The translations under genes were made by a program, and so were the position numbers. From contig NW_003314268.1 in the NCBI RefSeq assembly GCF_000143415.4, forward strand, positions 3,790,559-3,854,558: a stretch of DNA of 64,000 nt, written 5' to 3'. Positions 1-12,437 of this stretch are shown in pieces (within the stretch, counting starts at the first letter, position 1; each line of letters begins with the position of its first letter). Source of the DNA: Selaginella moellendorffii (Eukaryota > Plantae > Lycopodiophyta). The notes under the pieces are model-generated. The model saw only the letters and a list, made by a program, of their open reading frames with translations, did not search any database and had not been told where the DNA came from.

Positions 1-571
1 TTTTCTTTCTTCACGTGAAGCTTGGCAACGTAAAACGTCAGCTCACGAGGCACATACCAAAACCATGTCAATGCTCTCGACGATTGAAAAAAGCCAGGCT
101 TAGGATGAAGTAGAATAGAAATGAGAAAGGAATCTTACATGGGCGGCTGGGATTGGCGGCCAGAGAAAATCTAATGGTCAGGTCCCACAGCCATGGGCGG
201 ACCATACAAACGGCGGCAGGACATCAGGTCCACGTGCCGGTGGCGGTCGCGTGGTAGCCACCGGTTTGGCCGGTCCCCAGAGTTTCCAATTTATTGAGGC
301 CCTGCTGCCTTACATGAAATTAGGGCTTCCTCCATGGTTTGTTTGCGGGAAGGAGCTTTGTCTGCTGCGCTGCGCCTAGGGTTTGGATCGTTGCGGCTGC
401 CTGTGCTTGCATCCGCCCCGCCCGGATCTCCTCTTGCATGCTCGGCAGCAGTCCGGGTGTAATCGCGCGCTGGAGGTCTGTGGGAAGAATCGAGAGAGAG
501 AGAGGGAAATTTCTCTCGGTTTTGGCGGTGAAATGCAGCAGGAGTCGCCCCGATTGTGAGGCGCACGAGTC

Positions 572-1557
572 ATGAATCTCACCGCGGAGGAACCGGAGGC
601 CCATGGCAGCAGCAAGATGGAGGGCGGCAGCTATTTCGGAGGGGGGGGCTCGCTCGAGGTCAAGGTTCTCTATGTGCGAGTGAGCTACTGCCCGCTGGAT
701 GGGAATCCCGACTCCCTGGTGGTGCGCTTCCCCTCGCGGACGATCGACAAGTACCTGGAGGTGAATGGAGCCCGGATTCCTCCCTCCGAGGAGATTTCTC
801 TGGCTCTCCGGAGGGACAGGATGGACACCGAGTCCGTGGAGGTGACTTACGTCGGCACGGACCACTTGCATGTTGTGGGGTCTGTTGGTTTTGAGGTTGT
901 CGATAAGGAGGAAGTTCTTCTCAGTGGAGTGCTCCAGAAGGTGGAGAAGAAGTCCTCGTCCACCAACAAGGCCGGAAGCGTTGTATGGAATATGGAGTGC
1001 AACTGTGCTTTGGGATCAGCTGGATGTGTTTTCACTCGTGGCCGCCACGAGTACTTCCTCACACCACCGACAATGGAGATCTGCGTCGTGGGCTCCCACT
1101 CTGGATCGCCGATAATCTTGACTCGGACTGTTCATCTCATGGCCCGGCGGAGAGTGACCCGGTGTGGAATGCTTGATGCCATTCCAGAGGACGAGGAGTG
1201 TCATCGCTCACAGAACAGAGCTGCTACGGACTCTGAGGTTGGTAGACCAGACTTTTCTTCGCTTTCTATTCTAAAAGTTTGCTTTTTTTGTCCCTTTTGC
1301 GGTGGCTCCAGGTTGATGCGAGTGACACGATTCAAGCAAGTAATGAGAACCAAGAACTTGGGCTGAGCAAGTTCTTCCTGCCCGAGGCAACCGGGTATGG
1401 GGAGAACGAGGACGGGGAGATGTCCTGGTTTAACGCGGGTGTCAGGGTAGGCGTTGGTATCGGCCTGGGGATGTGCCTGGGCGTTGGCATAGGTGTTGGC
1501 CTCATGGTCCGGACGTACCAGGCCACAACCAGGAGCTTCAGGAGAAGGCTGTTTTGA
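572..1557 (+). CDS. Plant-specific uncharacterised protein, At1g01500-like; 2 exons (572-1237, 1312-1557)
   Basis: Recognisable LEVKVLYVRVS...LRRDR...TYVGTD N-terminus and C-terminal EDGEMSWFNAGVRVGVGIGLGMCLGVGIGVGLMVRTYQATTRSFRRRLF. A 74-bp GT-AG intron (1238-1311) joins the two ORFs in frame. Confidence 0.9.
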
Positions 1558-1940
1558 GGGACTTCCATCTTTTGAAAGAGCTCGCAGGAGAAGGGAAAAA
1601 AAAAGAGTGTGTTGGATAACGGTTCGAGTTCCCAGGTGTGTTCCAAAGTTTTAGCAGCTATATAGTTGTGGTGGTGCTACAGTCTCCTCCACAATTGCGG
1701 ATCAGAGTCTAGTCCTTGTGCTCTGTAAAATTCCAAATTTTCTTCTTCTACTAGGCTACTATTTCTCGTGGAACAGCTGTGTCGCGCTGTGGCTTTCGAA
1801 GCTTGTGAACAGACATTTTCTCGCGTCAAGACAAAAAAAAAAGTTTATTCGACTTCTATAGGTAACAAAGTTCTGTTCTTCATTTTATGCTCTTAACTCT
1901 TTTTTGCTAATCAGACTATCGATCTATCTCGTTCGATGCT

Positions 1941-3251
1941 TTAGTACGGGGGCGGTGAAGCTCGAGCAATCGGTGCTGGAGAGGAGTAAACTGGCGGTGG
2001 CGCGGGTCTTACTGTTGGAGCCGGTGAACCATACAGTGGTGGTGGCGATGGTCGAGCGGTTGGAGCTGGAGATGAGTAGAGTGGAGGCGGGGGTCCCCGA
2101 ACAATTGGACCAGGCGAGCCATAGAGGGGCGGCGGAGACGAGCGGACAGTCGGAGCCGGGGAAGAGTACAAAGGTGGCGGTGAAGCACGAGTCGTGGGAG
2201 CTGGAGAGAAATAGAGCGGGGGCGGGGAGGAGCGGACTATAGGAGCGGGAGAAGAGTACAGTGGCGGCGATGGTGGTCGGCTTATAGGTGCTGGGGAGGA
2301 GTAAGCCGGCGGTGCTGAGGATGAGTAAGGTGGTGGCGACGGTGGCCGACTGACTGGTGCTGGAGACGAGTAAGGTGGTGGCGACGGTGGCCGACTGACT
2401 GGTGCTGGGGAAGAGTACGGTGGTGGCGATGGTGGTCGACTTATCGGCGCTGGAGAAGCATACGGAGGTGGCGATGGCGGTCGACTTATCGGTGCTGGAG
2501 AGGTGTACGCTGGAGGGGGTGATGGCGGTCGACTTACAGGTGCTGGAGAAGAGTACGCTGGAGGTGGCGATGGTGGTCGGCTTATCGATGGTGGTCGGCT
2601 TATCGGTGCTGGAGAGGAGTACGCTGGAGGTGGTGAAGGCGGTCGACTTACAGGTGCTGGAGAAGAGTATGCCGGTGGTGCGTAGCAGTACTCGGGTGGC
2701 GGCGGCGGCGAAGCGTAGTAAGCTCTTTGGGAACAGATGGGAAGCGGCTCCTCGGGCCGGAAGCTGAGAAGGCCGACGTAGATAACGTTGTCCTTGGTGC
2801 GCATGTTGGCGTTGAGCGTCTGTGCGTGCTTGGCCGCGATGTTGCACTGCGGAGTGGGAGTGCTCAGCAGCTTCACGGCGCACGAAGAGCCGGGCTCGTC
2901 CACCGGAATGGCGAACGCTCCGGCCGAGTCCGTCAATGCCTCGACGACGTGAATCCCCCCGTCTTGCTGCGTGCATTCGAGTGCGACTTTGGCACCTGGA
3001 ACGCGATCAAACCATCGCCAGTGGTAAGTTCTATTGAGCAAGAGTTCTCACAAGATCATCCAGGACTACGACTTACCTTTGACGAAGATTGCGTACTCGG
3101 AGAAGCGGCCCTCGATGCATCGATCGCAGAAAACCCGTCCGACGACGAGATCATTGTCGCCCACCGTCGCCGGATCATCGATCGCGAAGCAAGAAGCCAT
3201 GAGAAGCAGCAGTAGCAGCAGCCGAAGCTCAGAGATGTTTGCAAGCTCCAT
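1941..3251 (-). CDS. Chimeric extensin: signal peptide + pollen Ole e 1-type domain + SP3-4/Tyr extensin repeats; 2 exons (3251-3077, 2995-1941)
   Basis: Hydrophobic leader, VVGRVFCDRC...GAKVALEC...TDSAGAF...CAVKLLSTPTPQC Ole e 1 motif, then about 15 repeats of SPPPP(A/L)YSSPAP(I/V)SRPP. 81-bp GT-AG intron 3076-2996, phase 1. Confidence 0.9.
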
Positions 3252-3373
3252 GGAGCAAAGTAAACCAGCGAGAAAAATAGAGAACCAAGAAAAAAAAAAG
3301 TGGCCAGTTTTTATCGACGCAGGCTGTTGGAGCTCCTAACTTTCGTTAACGGAACTCTGGGTTATTTACTCCG

Positions 3374-3405
3374 CCATTACCATTACCATAACCATAACCA
3401 TTACC
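3374..3405. repeat. (CCATTA/CCATAA)n hexamer microsatellite in a divergent promoter
   Basis: ccattaccattaccataaccataaccattacc. Confidence 0.7.
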
Positions 3406-3441
3406 TTTATCGCGGAGATTATTCGCCGAATATCTTTGTGC

Positions 3442-3450
3442 TGACGTGGC
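3442..3450 (+). promoter_or_regulatory. bZIP-type element TGACGTGGC (ABRE/hex-like) in the 385-bp divergent promoter between the extensin and LRR-RLK genes
   Basis: Exact TGACGTGGC motif. Function is inferred only. Confidence 0.4.
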
Positions 3451-3636
3451 GGGACATAGGGTTCTAAGGGTCAGAGGAGAGTTTTTTCTTCAAAGTGGGT
3501 TTGCGCCCGTCCGCGTTGACGAAATTTTTTCATTCTATCGCTTTCCTGTGCCGCCTTCCAATAGTTTAATCGTCAGCGATGGGCAGGACGATGATATTCG
3601 CCTATCGTAGCCGTGGTACCAGCGACCCTGGGAGCA

Positions 3637-6600
3637 ATGCGGATGTCTCGTCGAGGGCAATCCAGGTATTCTTCTTGGATCGAAATCTTTGTAGCCCTAG
3701 CCCTGGCGGCAGCGGCAGCGCTGGCATTGCTGCCAGGGCTCGCGGCGGCGCTGTCGAGCGATCTCCAGGTGCTGCTCGAGGTGAAAGCTGCGATTATCGA
3801 CAGGAATGGCAGCCTGGCGAGCTGGAATGAGTCCCGGCCCTGCTCCCAGTGGATCGGCGTGACCTGCGCCAGCGATGGCCGAAGCCGCGACAACGATGCG
3901 GTGCTCAACGTGACGATCCAGGGGTTGAATCTTGCGGGAAGCATCTCTCCGGCGCTGGGCAGGCTCAGGAGCTTGCGCTTCCTCAACATGTCATACAATT
4001 GGCTCGAGGGTGAGATTCCCGGCGAGATTGGGCAGTGCGCCAGCCTCGAGCAGCTCGATCTCAGCAACAACACTCACATCACCGGGAGGATCCCTCCGGA
4101 GCTCGGGGACTGCGCAAACATGACGTTCATCGACTTGAGTGTCAACCAGCTCGAGGGGGGCATCCCTTCCTCGATCACAAGGATGGTGAAGCTGGAGATT
4201 CTCGTGCTCTACCAGAACAATCTCACTGGAGAGATCCCCCCGGACATTGGCAGGCTCACGATGCTCCAGAACTTGCATCTCTATAGCAACAAGATGAACG
4301 GGGAGATCCCCGCTGGGATCGGCAGCCTGATCCATCTCGACGTGCTCATCCTCCAGGAGAACCAGTTCACCGGCGGCATTCCTCCCAGCCTTGGAAGGTG
4401 TGCCAACCTCTCGACTTTGCTCCTCGGGACGAACAACTTGTCCGGGATCATACCGCGAGAGCTCGGGAACTTAACCAGGCTCCAGTCGCTCCAGCTCTTT
4501 GATAATGGCTTCTCGGGAGAGCTCCCCGCCGAGCTTGCAAACTGCACCCGACTGGAACATATCGACGTCAACACAAACCAGCTCGAGGGCCGGATTCCTC
4601 CGGAGCTTGGAAAGCTGGCCAGCTTGTCGGTTCTACAGCTCGCGGACAATGGTTTCTCTGGCAGCATTCCAGCCGAGCTCGGTGACTGCAAGAACTTGAC
4701 CGCCCTCGTACTCAACATGAATCACTTGTCTGGAGAAATCCCTCGGAGTTTGTCGGGGCTGGAGAAGCTAGTGTACGTGGACATCTCGGAGAATGGTCTT
4801 GGTGGTGGGATCCCCAGAGAATTCGGGCAGCTGACGAGCTTAGAAACCTTCCAAGCGAGAACCAACCAGCTCAGTGGAAGCATCCCCGAGGAGTTGGGCA
4901 ACTGCTCTCAGCTGTCCGTCATGGACTTGTCGGAGAACTACTTGACCGGAGGAATTCCTTCGCGATTCGGGGACATGGCTTGGCAGCGCCTCTACTTGCA
5001 AAGCAACGATCTCAGTGGACCACTTCCGCAAAGACTCGGAGATAACGGGATGCTGACAATCGTACACTCTGCAAACAACAGCCTCGAAGGAACCATTCCT
5101 CCCGGACTTTGCTCGAGCGGGTCCCTGTCCGCGATCAGCCTCGAGAGAAACAGGTTGACCGGGGGGATCCCTGTGGGCCTGGCGGGTTGCAAGAGCTTGC
5201 GGCGGATTTTCCTCGGGACGAACCGCCTCTCGGGAGCTATCCCCCGCGAGTTTGGCGACAATACCAACTTGACTTACATGGACGTCTCGGACAATAGTTT
5301 CAACGGATCCATCCCGGAGGAGCTCGGCAAGTGCTTCATGCTGACGGCGCTTCTGGTGCATGACAACCAGCTCTCTGGCTCCATTCCAGACTCTCTCCAG
5401 CACCTCGAGGAGCTCACGCTTTTCAACGCGTCGGGGAACCATCTCACTGGCCCCATCTTTCCTACCGTCGGTCGGCTCTCGGAGCTCATCCAGCTAGATC
5501 TCAGCCGCAACAATCTCAGTGGAGCGATACCGACAGGCATCAGCAACATTACCGGGCTGATGGACCTCATCCTTCACGGAAACGCGCTCGAGGGGGAGCT
5601 GCCAACTTTCTGGATGGAACTGCGGAACTTGATAACTTTGGACGTGGCGAAGAACAGGTTACAGGGTCGGATTCCCGTCCAGGTTGGCTCGTTAGAGTCT
5701 CTGAGCGTTTTGGATCTTCACGGAAATGAGCTCGCCGGCACGATTCCACCTCAGTTGGCTGCGTTGACGAGGCTGCAAACGCTGGATCTGTCCTACAACA
5801 TGCTCACCGGAGTGATACCGTCCCAGCTCGACCAGCTGAGAAGCTTGGAGGTTCTTAACGTTTCTTTCAACCAGTTGAGCGGACCTCTCCCGGATGGATG
5901 GCGATCGCAGCAAAGATTCAACAGCTCCTTTCTGGGAAACAGTGGCTTGTGCGGCTCGCAAGCTTTGAGTCCTTGCGTCAGTGACGGGAGCGGTAGCGGG
6001 ACGACGAGGAGAATACCGACGGCAGGACTTGTGGGAATCATCGTCGGCAGCGCGCTCATAGCCTCGGTGGCGATCGTGGCATGCTGCTACGCGTGGAAGA
6101 GAGCGTCGGCGCACAGGCAGACAAGCCTCGTCTTCGGCGATCGTAGGAGAGGGATCACGTACGAGGCTTTGGTCGCCGCGACGGACAACTTCCACTCGCG
6201 CTTCGTCATCGGACAGGGTGCCTATGGGACGGTCTACAAAGCAAAGCTGCCATCCGGACTGGAGTTTGCTGTGAAGAAGCTCCAGCTCGTACAGGGTGAA
6301 AGAAGCGCGGTGGACGACCGAAGCTCCCTGCGCGAGCTTAAGACCGCTGGCCAGGTGAAGCACCGGAACATCGTCAAGCTCCACGCCTTCTTCAAGCTCG
6401 ACGACTGCGACCTCCTGGTTTACGAGTTCATGGCGAACGGGAGCCTGGGAGACATGCTCTACAGGCGGCCGAGCGAGAGCCTCTCGTGGCAAACGCGCTA
6501 CGAGATCGCTCTCGGGACGGCGCAGGGCCTGGCGTACTTGCACCACGACTGCTCGCCGGCAATCATCCACAGGGACATCAAGTCCAACAACATCCTCCTC

Positions 6601-7162
6601 GACATCGAGGTGAAAGCCAGGATCGCGGACTTTGGCCTCGCCAAGCTCGTGGAGAAGCAAGTGGAGACGGGCTCCATGTCGTCCATTGCCGGATCATACG
6701 GCTACATTGCTCCTGGTACGTGTTTTGCGTGTTTTCGCACGTTTCTCAGGCTGGCTTTGCGCAGAGTATGCCTACACGCTGCGAGTAAACGAGAAGAGCG
6801 ACGTCTACAGCTTTGGCGTCGTCATTCTGGAGCTTTTGCTAGGAAAGTCGCCGGTGGACCCGCTGTTCTTGGAAAAGGGCGAGAATATAGTGTCTTGGGC
6901 GAAGAAATGCGGCAGCATAGAGGTGCTGGCGGATCCCTCGGTGTGGGAATTCGCGAGCGAGGGTGACAGGAGCGAGATGTCACTGCTGCTGCGAGTGGCG
7001 CTCTTCTGCACCAGGGAAAGGCCGGGCGATCGCCCGACGATGAAAGAGGCGGTGGAGATGCTGAGGCAGGCCAGAGCCACGGGGGCGAGCTCCAAAAGCA
7101 GTCGGCGCGGGGCCCCATCGCCAGCAAAATTGGATTCGGACGACTCCAGAGTGCTGCTGTGA
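3637..7162 (+). CDS. Leucine-rich-repeat receptor-like kinase, LRR-XI type; 2 exons (3637-6715, 6765-7162)
   Basis: Signal peptide, LRRNT (SWN..PCSQWIGVTC), more than 25 LxxLxLxxNxLxGxIP repeats, GNSGLCG cap, TM segment, RD kinase (HRDIKSNNILLD, DFG, GSYGYIAP/EYAY). The intron falls at the conserved APE position (6716-6764, 49 bp). Confidence 0.95.
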
Positions 7163-7243
7163 TGAGATCGGTGTCCTGTCCCCTTGAACTTTTCAAACAA
7201 AAGTTGACGGGGATGATTTGGATTGGATTAGTTTTGGAAGAGT

Positions 7244-7747
7244 TTACAACACAACTTCTTGTTGCTCTAGCGGCGCGGAGTTTGTCCGCATCGTCGCGGC
7301 CCACGATCCACTCTTGGGGCGTCGCCTCCTCATCGCATCGACCTGCGCTCGCCATGACACGCTGCTGGATGATCGCCGCTGGAACGATCCCGATCCGCGC
7401 ACCAGCGCCAGATCGTAGCCCGCGCGCTGCTCCGGGTCGCACAGCACCTGGTACGCCTCCTGGACGCGCATGAACATCCGGGAGCATTGCTCGCGGTCGC
7501 CAGCCGGGCAGACGTCGGGGTGGTAGCGCAGCGCGAGCTTGCGGTAGCTGCTCTTGATCTCCGAGGCGTCGGCGCCGGAGCTCACGCCAAGCAGCGCGTA
7601 CAGATCCGCCGTCGCGCCGCTCGTGTAGGAGGAGAAGGAGCAGCGCGCGACCCCAGCCTTGCAGTTCCTCCTCCTCTCAGCTTCTTGCAGCGCTCCGGGA
7701 TTTGCAGCGAGACGAAAAGGGAGAGATCGTCGCAAAAAACTAGACAT
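7244..7747 (-). CDS. Small J-domain (DnaJ type III) protein, probably plastid-targeted (ATJ11/J20-like)
   Basis: DLYALLGV...EIKSSYRKLALRYHPD...FMRVQEAYQVLCDPEQRAGYD with an intact HPD motif. Ser/Arg-rich N-terminus and C-terminal SWAATMR motif. Intronless. Confidence 0.9.
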   Translation of the reverse strand: MSSFLRRSLPFRLAANPGALQEAERRRNCKAGVARCSFSSYTSGATADLYALLGVSSGADASEIKSSYRKLALRYHPDVCPAGDREQCSRMFMRVQEAYQVLCDPEQRAGYDLALVRGSGSFQRRSSSSVSWRAQVDAMRRRRPKSGSWAATMRTNSAPLEQQEVVL

Positions 7748-10322
7748 CCTTTTTCCGCAGCTCTGCTTTCTTTAGGTATATAAACACCTCCGAAAGTATC
7801 CACGAATATACCTATGGTTATCTAAATAAAATCGCACATTGAAGAGTACTAAAGGCGTGGAAATATCGGGTTTATATTATCGGATTTCACAGTGGACTTG
7901 GATAAGCGTTGGACAGCAACACGTGATCTCGAGTGTCCACGGCGAAGAGATTCCTGGCCGCGCCGCTGGCCCGCCCGACGTCTGCATGGAGCCGCCAGCA
8001 GCGCGCCCCACGTCTTGGCGTGCGGTACGTAGGGCATGATCTCCACCAGCTCCTCCGCTCGCTCCAGATGCCCGGCCTTTCCCAGCAAGTCCACCACACA
8101 CAGGAAGTGCTCCGCCAGCGGCGCCACCCCGAAGTCCTGTTGCATGGAGCGGAAGAAGGCGCAGCACTGCGGGACGCGGCCGATGTGGGTTTGAGGACGA
8201 GCCCGCTCAGGCAAGCCCCCTGGTCTGCGGAGAATCCCTCTGCCGCCATTGCCGAAAACATCCGGACACCTGACTCCCCGTGGCCCGTCTGCGCGTAGCA
8301 AGACTATGGCGCTCCACGAGACTCCGTTGGATTCTGGCATGGCGTCGAACACCCGACGCGCGCGATCCAGATACCCCTTCTGGGCAAGTGCTGCCATTAG
8401 CGCATTCCAGGTCTTGGCGTCTCTGTGCGGCATTGCGTAGACAAGAGATATCCCTTCGCCTATGTTTCCGTTTTGCGCGTAAGATTGGACCATGGCCGTG
8501 TAGGAGATTTGGTCTCGATCGGGCATGTCGTCGAACGTTTCCTTGGCGTCTTCCAGATGCCCAAAAATGGTATATGCTGCCGCCAGTGCGTTCCACGCTG
8601 CCTGCGTGTGCTCCGGCATGGAATCAAAACAGCATCTTGCATTCTCCAAGTTACCATTCTCCGCGAACCCGGATATCATCGTTGACCACGACACCAGGTT
8701 CCGCTCTGGCATATGCTCAAAGAGATTCTCCGCCTGAGGCATCTGCCCGGCCTGGGCATATGCAGACATGAGCGAGCTCCACGTCAGCACGTTTTTCTCT
8801 TCCATGGAATCGAAAGCCTCCTGGGCGTGGGTAGACCTTCCCGCCTGGGAATACACGGTGATCATGGCCGTCCCCGCCACCACATTCTTGTCCGTAATCG
8901 AATCGTAGACGTCCCTTGCTGCAGTGATGTGGCCACGGTCAGAAAGGGCCTGGAGCATCACCGTGCACGAAGCAGCACTCCAGTCCGGCATGGAATCAAA
9001 CACAGCTTCCGGGTCGCTGTTTTGGTAGTTCGCAAGGAGAATTGCGATCCAGCATATCACGTCATGCTCCGGCATGGACCGGAACACCGCCCAAGCGTCG
9101 GAGAGGTGCCCCATTGTCGTCCAGGTAGCGAGATTCCAATCCGGAATATTGACTTTGCGGCCTACAACTGCCCTTCTTGGGCAAATGCAGTGATCATCGT
9201 GTTCCACGTAAATACGTTTCTCTCCTGCATGGAATCGAGCAGATCAAGAACACATTTTAGATCATGATCAATGGTGTAAGAAACCAACATGATGTTACAC
9301 GAGATCAACGTCCAGTGTGGCATTCGATCAAAGAGATTCTTTTCTTCTTCCAGATGCCCTGCCTTGGCATATGTTGTGATCATCGCGTTCCATGTCACGG
9401 CGTTCTTTTCGGGCATTTTGTCAAAGATGCATTTGGCGCCGCCTGCCTGGGCGTAGGCGCCAATCATGGCCGTCCACGTGTAGACGTCCTTGTGGGGGAT
9501 GCCATCGAAGACCCTGCATGCCTCGTCCAGGCAGCCGCATTTGCCGTAGAGGCGGAGGAGATGATCGTTGAGGAGCTTGTCGCGGGAGAAATCGCTGTGG
9601 AGGATTGGATGCTCCGGAGCTTGGGCAGATCCGAGAAGGAAGACGAGCGCGGAATGCGATGGCGATGGAGCTGCTGGAATTGATCGGAGAGGTGCCGCTC
9701 TCATGAATCCTCACGATGCCGAAAACATCGAGAGAAGAAAAAATCGCGTCTTTTCGAAAGATCCAATCCGGTTTGGATTAGTGGAACAATCCGGATAAGA
9801 ACGAACGAGTGACAAAACGGAATATTTGGTCTCCTCTCTCCCTCTCCGACGGCTATGGATATAAAAGGAGGCCTCCGGCCCCGTTCTGTTGGTCCATCGC
9901 AATCTTGCAACTTGCAAAAAGGTAGTGCTCTACGGTTCTTCGCTCCTCTCCGACACCTTGTTTGATTGATTTGCTCGGCGAATTATTTCGCTTGGCTCCC
10001 CAGTTTCTGTGATTTTGAGCGGGGCGACGTTAGATTTGATTTGGGAAGTGCAGTGATCCATCCATTAGCTCGCTATATATACTTGTAGCTCAAAAGAGAG
10101 GAGAACAAATATTCCGTCCAACGATTCCATCACGTGGGTCACAATCCATCCCTTCCGTACCATCATTTCAGCCTATACGGCCGCTTGACGTTGTGTTCAT
10201 GGGGCCTACCGACGCTGTTGTTTCCATCAGCTTAGCTCACTAATCAAATACTTTTTAACTAGTCCTTCTGTCAACTTAGCGATTGTGTCCCCTGTTGCGT
10301 TTTGTCCCTGCATCCCATTGGC
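7432..10322 (+). repeat. Left copy of a ~3 kb direct segmental duplication (partner ~44878-48227)
   Basis: J-protein 5' part, PPR, upstream region and RTFL promoter align with the right copy. The left copy has an internal deletion plus inversion at 9817-10117. Confidence 0.9.
7887..9704 (-). pseudogene. Degenerate duplicate of the PLS-class PPR gene at 45244-47151
   Basis: Colinear and highly similar to the intact copy, but broken by many small deletions and frameshifts into several ORFs (9162-9704, 7849-9207, 7887-8261). Confidence 0.9.
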
Positions 10323-10514
10323 TTTGTGTAGATCGTCTGGTTTTGCCACTGCCGCAGCATAAACTTCTATGTTGCAATCTCATGGCATTGCAAAAACAAA
10401 AAAAAGTTAGAGAAACCATAAAGAAAACTGTAGAGAACATAAAGGTCGAAGCCTCTAGCCCTCCTAGTTGTTCTCAGGTGTTGTCCAATTAGAACAGACA
10501 CTCCTCAAACCTGA

Positions 10515-11330
10515 TGTTAGCAGCAGAGAGATGCACACGAGGAGGAAGAACTTATATATGGATGGTACATATGTATAAAACTACTGCCATATAGGCATAA
10601 TTACATGCCACATCATTTCTACCTCTAACACTTCCACTCATGATCAAGCAGTTGATCCAAGCCTGAATCTAAGCCTGAATCCTGTTTAGATCGTTTGAAA
10701 TGATGAGCATGAAAAGTTAATGAGAAAAGCATACTAAAAATTCATCAATCAACTATATAAAACTTAGTTTTTGGTCTTGGACTTACTTGCACACTCTTTG
10801 CTCCTTGCTATGGCTTCAATCTTGCCACTAACATGTGGTCTTGGCTATGAACTGCTAAGCTATTATTACCAAGCACTTGAATCTCCTTAAGCATTTTTCT
10901 TAATTGCTAGAAATTCTTGCAAAGAATTGTTATGAAATGTTCTTGAATCTTGCTTGATCCAATTTTTTATATGGTTGCTAAAATATCTCAATCTCCCATT
11001 GGCTTTATGCTCTACTTGCTACTCTTTGCTATTGAGCACCTCTGCACGGCCTAATGCCTTGATGCAACACCTCAAGCATCTAGTGCATCTAACAAAAGCT
11101 TTAAGCATTGCAAAAAGAATTGCAATCAGGAAGCTCATTCTCTTCATCACTAGCCTCCTGGCCAGCAAGCACCATGCCGAAGATTAAAGAGCCAATTGTT
11201 AGCAGCGGAAAGACACACACAAAGGAGGAAGAACTTTCTCTCTGTATTCAATTATATATAGATGGTACATATATATGAAACTACTACCACGTAGGCATAA
11301 CTACATGCCACATCATCTCTACCTCTAACA
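10515..11330 (-). mobile_element. TRIM-like internally deleted LTR retroelement, probably Ty1/copia-derived
   Basis: Direct repeats TGTTAG...CTCTAACA at 10515-10630 and 11197-11330. Degenerate 5-bp TSD (cctga/tctaa). Purine tract TGAGTGGAAG (minus strand) next to the left LTR, and a TGG-starting PBS-like sequence next to the right LTR. Confidence 0.7.
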
Positions 11331-11819
11331 TCTAATGTCCATTTCATTGAACAGCAAACAGACAAACAGAATACAAGTTGATCTGAGCATCTTTTCTTGT
11401 AAATTCATGCTATTATCACTGTGCTTCTTATAGCCATTGAGAAGCACACACATTCCTTTGCCTTTGGAGTTTTCACAATCATTGAGGTTGGACCATTGTC
11501 ATGCACGTCTTCAGCTGGATTGAGGTTCTGAAGATCACAGGCAACGTTGTTTCTTAGCTCTCAGGTCTTGCATTGAGCGCAGCAACAACATAACTCAAAG
11601 CATTGACAATCAATCACGTTGACACAAAATCTCTCCAATCTCGTAGCATTTTTCTTCTTGGCACGCTGTGACACAGCGTTTTCCAGTTCTTATCATCGTT
11701 GAGCAGGTCACTTGGCTTTTTCATGACAAGAAATTAGAACCAATTGAAACACATGCAAACTTGAAGCCACGTCTCGTCAGCTTTCAATGATCGTTCGAGT
11801 TGCCCATATCCTCAAGCTC

Positions 11820-12437
11820 TTGCTGCTGATGTATGCCAGTCTTGGATAGTGGGACCCCTCTTCACTTGTCAAACCTCTTGTCAACCTCGGCCTTTGGATG
11901 CTTGAAAACCAGATCGTTGGATTTATTCGCAAGAGCACGTCAGAACGAAAAGCCTGATTACATCGTCTCCTTTGAAGAAGTGGTGGTGATTCTGCCGGCC
12001 AGGCGAGGTGGCCATAACAACCTTGCAAGGCAGGCTCCAGTAGTGCTTATCGATCTTCCAGTCCACCAGGTACCACACCTTGCCTTCCTCTTCATCCTCC
12101 ACCCAATTCACGGCAACAGCAGGGTTGATAGTGGATGAAACTTTGCTGTCCTTGTCAAAGGCGTAGTACCTGTCGGATTCCTTGAACTTGAGGAGGATGA
12201 GGTTCCAGCAACACTTGTGAAGGAGTGCCCACAACAGGACGAAGACAAAGCCGGACTTGCCGATCCCGGGCGTGCCCAGCACAACCACGGAAGCTACCTC
12301 TGACGTCTCACTATGCGCCCAGATCAAGTTGAGGATTTTGCCGTAGCAGCTCCTCACGTACACCAGCAGCTCGTGCTTTCTTGAGTATTGCCAGAGCCCC
12401 GCGAGCACTCTTGGCAGCTGCAGAAACTTACCCCAGC
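11820..12437 (-). pseudogene. Truncated Crinkler/RHS-type NTPase fragment (copy 1)
   Basis: VYVRSCY...GTPGIGKS...WYLVD...ATSPG. Aligns with 38095-39699 but is deleted at both ends. Confidence 0.85.

Noticed and set aside
1-180. Possible first exon of a minus-strand gene leaving the window (CCCAT|GTAAG)
   Set aside because: Too little sequence to support a call.
1924-2976. 350-aa alternative-frame ORF over the extensin
   Set aside because: Off-frame reading of low-complexity GC-rich repeats.
5692-6660. Long antisense ORFs within the LRR-RLK, PPR and lectin-RLK genes
   Set aside because: Typical GC3-rich shadow ORFs.
9817-10117. Apparent MITE or snRNA gene (TATA plus terminal inverted repeats)
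   Set aside because: Explained by inversion of the RTFL promoter and 5' UTR. No snRNA or snoRNA boxes were recognised.
11335-11820. Moderate-GC segment between the TRIM and the CRN fragment
   Set aside because: May be a gene remnant, but no identifiable product.
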